DNA of 18,322 bases from a virus: UHGV virus genome UHGV-0162284; one strand, 5' to 3'. Below are positions 13,315 to 18,322 of the stretch, in pieces. The notes below the pieces were generated by a model. It was not told the origin of the DNA, did no database searches, and worked only from the letters and a program-made list of their open reading frames with translations. Position 1 is the first letter of the stretch; each line of letters begins with the position of its first letter. The translations under genes were made by a program, and so were the position numbers.

Positions 13315-16300
13315 TAACAACCTGCGCCTGCAGGTCATTCTTAATGCGGTTGACAAACTCACCCGCCCATTCCGTGCTGCACAGGCCAGTTCGAAAGAGC
13401 TGGCTGGCGCAATCAGAAACTCCCGTGACGCATTAAAGCAACTCAATCAGGCGGGTAACAGCCTGGAAAAATTTCGCAAGCTGCAGGCTGATAACAAGAA
13501 GTTAGGCGACAGGCTGAACTATGCCAGACAGAAGGCTAATTTGCTTAGCTCTGAGCTGGAGGCGATGGAGCAACCATCACAAAGGCATCTTGTGGCTTTA
13601 GGTCGGCAAACGCTGGCAGTCCAACGCCTGGAAGAACAACAAAAATATTTGCAGAAGCAAACGGCGCTTGTGCGTGCTGAACTGTACCGGGCGGGAATTT
13701 CTGCGAAAGATGATGCGGGAGCAACTGCCCGTTTAGCCCGTGAAACATCACGTTATAACCAGGAACTTTCGAAACAGGAGGCGCGGCTGAAGCGACTGGG
13801 GGAAGCTCAGCGCAGGATGAATGCAGCGCGTGCCAGTTATGCCCGTTCGCTGGAGGTGCGTGATCGTATTGCAGGTGCCGGAGCCACCACCACGGCTGCA
13901 GGGCTGGCAATGGGCGCACCAGTGATGGCGGCAGTAAAAAGCTATACCAGCATGGAAGATGCCATGAAAGGTGTGGCAAAGCAGGTCAATGGTCTGCGTG
14001 ACGATAATGGCAACCGCACTGCACGTTTTTATGAAATGCAGGATGCCATCAAGGCTGCCAGCGAACAGTTGCCGATGGAAAACGGTGCGGTGGATTTCGC
14101 TGCACTGGTTGAAGGTGGGGCGCGCATGAACGTCGCAAACCCTGACGACAGCTGGGAGGACCAGAAACGTGACCTGCTGGCCTTCGCCAGTACGGCAGCA
14201 AAGGCGGCAACAGCCTTTGAGCTGCCAGCGGATGAACTGTCAGAAAGTCTGGGGAAAATCGCCCAGCTCTACAAAATCCCTACCCGCAATATTGAACAGC
14301 TCGGTGATGCGCTGAACTATCTGGATGATAACGCCATGTCGAAAGGGGCGGACATCATTGATGTGATGCAACGTCTGGGCGGTGTGGCTGACCGTCTGGA
14401 TTATCGTAAAGCGGCGGCGCTGGGTTCCACCTTCCTGACACTGGGCGCTGCGCCGGAGGTTGCAGCCAGTGCAGCAAACGCGATGGTGCGTGAATTGTCC
14501 ATTGCCACCATGCAGAGCAAGAGTTTCTTTGAAGGGATGAATCTGCTGAAACTCAATCCTGAAGTGATTGAAAAGCAGATGACGAAGGATGCGATGGGAA
14601 CTATCCAGCGTGTGCTGGAGAAGGTGAACGCACTGCCGCAGGACAAGCGTCTGTCTGCCATGACCATGTTGTTTGGTAAAGAGTTTGGCGATGACGCGGC
14701 GAAACTGGCAAACAACCTTCCGGAACTGCAGCGCCAGCTAAAACTGACTGCGGGCAATGATGCGCTCGGCTCCATGCAGAAAGAATCCGACATCAACAAA
14801 GACTCACTTTCTGCTCAGTGGTTGCTGGTCAAAACCGGAGCACAGAACACCTTCAGCAGCCTGGGCGAAACGCTGCGCCAGCCGCTGATGGATATTCTGT
14901 ACACGGTGAAAAGCGTCACGGGGGCGTTGCGTCGCTGGGTGGAAGCTAACCCGGAACTGACGGGCACTCTGATGAAAGTAGCCGCAGTGGTGGCTGCCGT
15001 TACCGTGGGCCTCGGCACCTTAGCGGTGGCGCTGGCTGCAGTGCTGGGGCCGCTGGCAGTCATCCGTCTGGGACTCTCTGTGCTGGGTATCAAAACGTTA
15101 CCTTCCGTTACGGCAGCAGTAACACGAACCAGCAGCGCGTTGTCCTGGCTGGCAGGCGCACCACTGGCAGTGCTGCGACGCGGGCTTGCTTCATCGGGTA
15201 ACGCAGCGGGTTTACTTACTGCGCCGTTGTCGTCTTTGCGCCGTACGGCATCACTGACGGGAAATGTCCTGAAAACTGTAGCAGGTGCGCCGGTTGCACT
15301 ATTGCGGTCTGGATTATCCGGTTTACGTGCTGTTGCTGTGATGTTTATGAATCCTCTGGCGGTACTGCGCGGTGGACTGGCCGCCGCAGGCGCGGTGCTT
15401 CGTGTGCTTGCATCTGGTCCGCTGGCGATGCTGCGCGTTGCCCTGTATGCCATATCTGGTCTGTTAGGTGCTCTGCTCAGTCCGATAGGTCTTGTGGTTA
15501 CTGCACTGGCGGGCGTGGCGCTGGTTGTCTGGAAATACTGGCAACCCATCACCGCATTTCTCGCTGGTGTGGTGGAAGGATTCAAAGCGGCGGCAGGTCC
15601 CATCAGTGCAGCATTCGAACCACTTAAGCCTGTGTTTCAGTGGATTGGCGACAAAGTGCAGGCGTTGTGGGGCTGGTTTACTGATCTGCTGACGCCCGTT
15701 AAGTCGACCTCTGCCGAACTGCAGAGCGCAGCGGCAATGGGGCGACGATTCGGGGAGGCACTGGCGGAAGGGCTGAATATGGTCATGCATCCGCTGGACT
15801 CCCTGAAATCCGGCGTTTCCTGGTTGCTGGAGAAACTCGGCATTGTCAGTAAAGAGGCTGCAAAGGCGAAACTGCCGGAAAGCGTGACGCGTCAGCAACC
15901 TGCGACGGTGAATGCAGACGGTAAAGTGATGATGCCATCGGGTGGTTTTCCGTCATGGGGATATGGCTTTGCGGGGATGTATGACAGCGGCGGCTATATC
16001 CCGCGCGGGCAGTTTGGCATCGTCGGTGAAAACGGGCCGGAAATTGTTAACGGCCCGGCAAATGTGACCAGCCGGAGAAATACAGCTGCACTGGCTGCCG
16101 TTGTTGCCGGAATGATGGGCGTTGCTGCCGCGCCTGCAGAGCTTCCACCGTTGCATCCTTTGGCGCTTCCCGCGAAAGGCGGCGAAGCGATGGTGAGTCG
16201 TGCAGCCACTGTGCCGCCCGTTCACCGGATTGAGGCACCGACGCAGATCATCATTCAGACGCAGCCAGGACAAAGTGCGCAGGATATTGCGCGGGAGGTG

Positions 16301-16384
16301 GCACGCCAGCTTGATGAACGTGAACGCAGGCTGAAGGCAAAAGCTAGAAGTAACTACAGCGATCAGGGGGGATACGACGCATGA
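13307..16384 (+). CDS. T: Tail tape measure protein (P2 gpT family)
   Basis: 1025 aa; coiled-coil N-terminal region, central degenerate hydrophobic repeats (PLAVLRRGLASSGNAAGLL / PLAVLRGGLAAAGAVLRVL ...); position after E/E'. Confidence 0.92.
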   Translation: MSDNNLRLQVILNAVDKLTRPFRAAQASSKELAGAIRNSRDALKQLNQAGNSLEKFRKLQADNKKLGDRLNYARQKANLLSSELEAMEQPSQRHLVALGRQTLAVQRLEEQQKYLQKQTALVRAELYRAGISAKDDAGATARLARETSRYNQELSKQEARLKRLGEAQRRMNAARASYARSLEVRDRIAGAGATTTAAGLAMGAPVMAAVKSYTSMEDAMKGVAKQVNGLRDDNGNRTARFYEMQDAIKAASEQLPMENGAVDFAALVEGGARMNVANPDDSWEDQKRDLLAFASTAAKAATAFELPADELSESLGKIAQLYKIPTRNIEQLGDALNYLDDNAMSKGADIIDVMQRLGGVADRLDYRKAAALGSTFLTLGAAPEVAASAANAMVRELSIATMQSKSFFEGMNLLKLNPEVIEKQMTKDAMGTIQRVLEKVNALPQDKRLSAMTMLFGKEFGDDAAKLANNLPELQRQLKLTAGNDALGSMQKESDINKDSLSAQWLLVKTGAQNTFSSLGETLRQPLMDILYTVKSVTGALRRWVEANPELTGTLMKVAAVVAAVTVGLGTLAVALAAVLGPLAVIRLGLSVLGIKTLPSVTAAVTRTSSALSWLAGAPLAVLRRGLASSGNAAGLLTAPLSSLRRTASLTGNVLKTVAGAPVALLRSGLSGLRAVAVMFMNPLAVLRGGLAAAGAVLRVLASGPLAMLRVALYAISGLLGALLSPIGLVVTALAGVALVVWKYWQPITAFLAGVVEGFKAAAGPISAAFEPLKPVFQWIGDKVQALWGWFTDLLTPVKSTSAELQSAAAMGRRFGEALAEGLNMVMHPLDSLKSGVSWLLEKLGIVSKEAAKAKLPESVTRQQPATVNADGKVMMPSGGFPSWGYGFAGMYDSGGYIPRGQFGIVGENGPEIVNGPANVTSRRNTAALAAVVAGMMGVAAAPAELPPLHPLALPAKGGEAMVSRAATVPPVHRIEAPTQIIIQTQPGQSAQDIAREVARQLDERERRLKAKARSNYSDQGGYDA

Positions 16385-16866
16385 TGATGGTGCTGGGATT
16401 GTACGTGTTTATGCTGCGCACCGTACCGTATCAGGAGCTGCAGTATCAACGCAGCTGGCGACATGCGGCAAACAGTCGGGTAAACCGTCGTCCGTCCACG
16501 CAGTTTCTGGGACCGGACAACGACATGCTGACGCTTTCTGGTGTTCTTATGCCGGAGATAACGGGCGGCAGGCTGTCGTTGCTGGCTCTGGAGCAGATGG
16601 CAGAACAGGGAAAAGCATGGCCCCTGATTGAAGGCAGCGGCACGATTTACGGCATGTATGTGATTGAGGGACTGAATCTGACTAAAACGGAGTTTTTCCG
16701 CGACGGTATGCCGCGCCGGATTGAGTTCACCCTGTCGCTCAAACGGGTGGATGAATCCCTGTCCGATATGTTCGGTGATCTCAGTACGCAACTGAATAAT
16801 CTGCAGGACACGGCAACATCTGCCTTAAGTGATATCAGTAAAACGGTGGGAGGGCTGCTGTCGTGA
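16381..16866 (+). CDS. U: Tail protein (P2 gpU family)
   Basis: 161 aa overlapping the T stop (ATGA); DMLTLSGVLMPEITGG...GTIYGMYVIEGLNLT matches gpU. Confidence 0.9.
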   Translation: MMMVLGLYVFMLRTVPYQELQYQRSWRHAANSRVNRRPSTQFLGPDNDMLTLSGVLMPEITGGRLSLLALEQMAEQGKAWPLIEGSGTIYGMYVIEGLNLTKTEFFRDGMPRRIEFTLSLKRVDESLSDMFGDLSTQLNNLQDTATSALSDISKTVGGLLS

Positions 16867-17963
16867 ATTTCAGCTCTGAACTGCTTAACAAAGGCAACAA
16901 AACTCCCGCATTCAGCATCAGTATTGAGGGCAGGGATATCACCACTGTGCTGGATAACCGCCTGATGAGTTTGACTCTGACGGACAATCGGGGCTTTGAA
17001 GCGGACCAGCTTGATCTGGAGCTGGACGACGCCGACGGAAAAATCGTGCTGCCGCGCCGTGGTGCGGTCATTACGCTGGCGCTGGGCTGGAAGGGGCAGC
17101 CGCTTTTCCCTAAAGGGGCATTCACGGTGGACGAGATTGAACACACTGGCGCACCGGACCGCCTGACTATCCGGGCGCGAAGTGCTGATTTTCGGGAAAC
17201 GCTGAATACCCGTCGTGAAAAGTCGTGGCACAAGACCACCGTCGGGGAAGTGGTGAAGGAAATAGCCGCGCGGCACAAGCTGAAGATGGCACTGGGTAAA
17301 GACCTGTCAGATAAACCCGTGGAACATATAGACCAGACTAATGAGAGTGACGGCAGTTTTCTGATGCGGCTGGCGCGCCAGTACGGTGCTATTGCGTCGG
17401 TGAAAAATGGCAATCTGTTATTCATCCGGCAGGGACAGGGCAAAAGCGCCAGCGGTAAACCTCTGCCGGTGATCACTATCACACGCAAGGACGGCGACAG
17501 TCACCGATTTACCCTGGCTGATCGCGGTGCCTACACGGGCGTAATTGCCAGCTGGTTGCATACCCGCGAACCCGCGAAGAAAGAAAGCACCACGGTGAAG
17601 CGTAAGCGCAGGACCGCAAAGCAGAAGAAAGAGCCGGAAGCGAAGCAGGGCGATTACCTGGTGGGTACGGATGAAAACGTGCTGGTACTTAATCGCACTT
17701 ATGCCAACCGGAGCAACGCCGAACGAGCGGCGAAAATGCAGTGGGAACGCCTGCAACGCGGTGTTGCGTCATTCTCGCTACAACTGGCGGAAGGGCGGGC
17801 AGATCTCTACACGGAAATGCCAGTGAAAGTCAGTGGCTTTAAACAGCCGATAGATGATGCGGAATGGACCATTACGACTCTGACGCATACCGTCAGCCCG
17901 GATAACGGTTTTACGACCAGTCTGGAGCTTGAAGTGAGGATTGATGATTTCGAAATGGAATGA
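16863..17963 (+). CDS. D: Tail protein D (P2 gpD late control gene D family)
   Basis: 366 aa, GTG start overlapping the U stop; N-terminus (LLNKGNKTPAFSISIEGRDIT...LTLTDNRGFEADQLDLELDD) and the lysine-rich internal segment are typical of gpD. Confidence 0.9.
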   Translation: MNFSSELLNKGNKTPAFSISIEGRDITTVLDNRLMSLTLTDNRGFEADQLDLELDDADGKIVLPRRGAVITLALGWKGQPLFPKGAFTVDEIEHTGAPDRLTIRARSADFRETLNTRREKSWHKTTVGEVVKEIAARHKLKMALGKDLSDKPVEHIDQTNESDGSFLMRLARQYGAIASVKNGNLLFIRQGQGKSASGKPLPVITITRKDGDSHRFTLADRGAYTGVIASWLHTREPAKKESTTVKRKRRTAKQKKEPEAKQGDYLVGTDENVLVLNRTYANRSNAERAAKMQWERLQRGVASFSLQLAEGRADLYTEMPVKVSGFKQPIDDAEWTITTLTHTVSPDNGFTTSLELEVRIDDFEME

Positions 17964-18053
17964 TTCTTCGCAATGGAGAACTTTTAAGTTTGCAAAATGG
18001 AATAATGCGGTATCATTATTGTGAATTTAGCAAAAATGGGGAGAACTCGAAAA

Positions 18054-18272
18054 ATGATGATTTGCCCACTGTGTGGAAGTGCCGCCCATACTCGCAGCAG
18101 TTTTCAGGTATCTTCATTGACCAAAGAGCGTTACAACCAGTGCCAGAACATTAACTGCAGCCATACTTTTGTTACCCATGAAACTTTTGTTCGTTCGATT
18201 GCAACGCCAAAAGAGTCAAATCCGGTTCAGCCGCATCCAATGAAATCAGGACAGGTGGCGCTCTCTCTTTGA
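18054..18272 (+). CDS. ogr: Late-gene transcriptional activator Ogr (zinc-finger)
   Basis: Track ORF 18021..18272; preferred ATG 18054 gives 72 aa (MMICPLCGSAAHTRSS...KERYNQCQNINCSHTF...) with the exact C-X2-C-X22-C-X4-C spacing and length of P2 Ogr; located after D as in P2. Confidence 0.88.
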   Translation: MMICPLCGSAAHTRSSFQVSSLTKERYNQCQNINCSHTFVTHETFVRSIATPKESNPVQPHPMKSGQVALSL

Positions 18273-18322
18273 CGCTGCCGCCATTTTGTCGCCATCGTTA
18301 AAAAACAGTGCTTCTAACATCA

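Noticed and set aside
12907-13446. 179-aa minus-strand ORF spanning the E / E' / T-start region
   Set aside because: Antisense to the E-E' frameshift region and the T start, where the plus-strand coding is explained by synteny and the slippery site; no independent support.
14815-15603. 262-aa minus-strand ORF inside the tape measure gene (plus similar antisense ORFs at 959..1441, 6922..7509, 8135..8641, 16647..17276 and 16835..17488)
   Set aside because: They lie wholly antisense to strongly supported phage structural genes, have low-complexity Ala/Arg/Ser/Pro-rich translations typical of antisense frames in GC-rich DNA, and lack convincing ribosome-binding sites.
17960-18154. 64-aa plus-strand ORF overlapping the ogr start
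   Set aside because: It is in a different frame from the Ogr zinc-finger ORF, which is clearly the conserved product; most likely a chance ORF across the D-ogr spacer.
1-18322. tRNA, rRNA, CRISPR array, attL/attR or integrase
   Set aside because: No cloverleaf-like or repeat-spacer structures noticed by eye, and the window begins at the capsid gene and ends just after ogr, so prophage ends and integrase are expected outside it.

Overview
The window is a near-complete late-gene block of a P2-family (Peduovirus-like) prophage in an enterobacterial-type genome, all on the + strand in canonical P2 order: N-M-L-X, lysis cassette, R-S, V-W-J-I-H, FI-FII-E/E'-T-U-D-ogr. Two modules depart from the P2 prototype. 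(1) The tail-fibre assembly gene G is replaced by a Gin/Hin/Cin-type serine DNA invertase and a ~1.8 kb invertible segment; 26-bp gix/hix-like crossover sites sit inside gene H and just upstream of the invertase, so inversion would swap the receptor-binding C-terminus of H. The currently fused tip is an unusual glycine-rich domain followed by a 57-aa ORF; the silent inverted cassette encodes a tail-collar-type tip plus a conventional Tfa chaperone. (2) The lysis cassette looks like a pinholin plus SAR endolysin with a P1 Lyz-like cysteine triad. Other signals are a T-TTT-TTG -1 frameshift site giving E+E', an embedded lysC o-spanin, TGT-N12-ACA late-promoter dyads before V and FI, and a C-X2-C-X22-C-X4-C Ogr zinc finger. 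I found no tRNA, rRNA, CRISPR array, att site or recognisable defence system. All homology calls are from reading the ORF translations against remembered P2 proteins and motifs; no database search was run.
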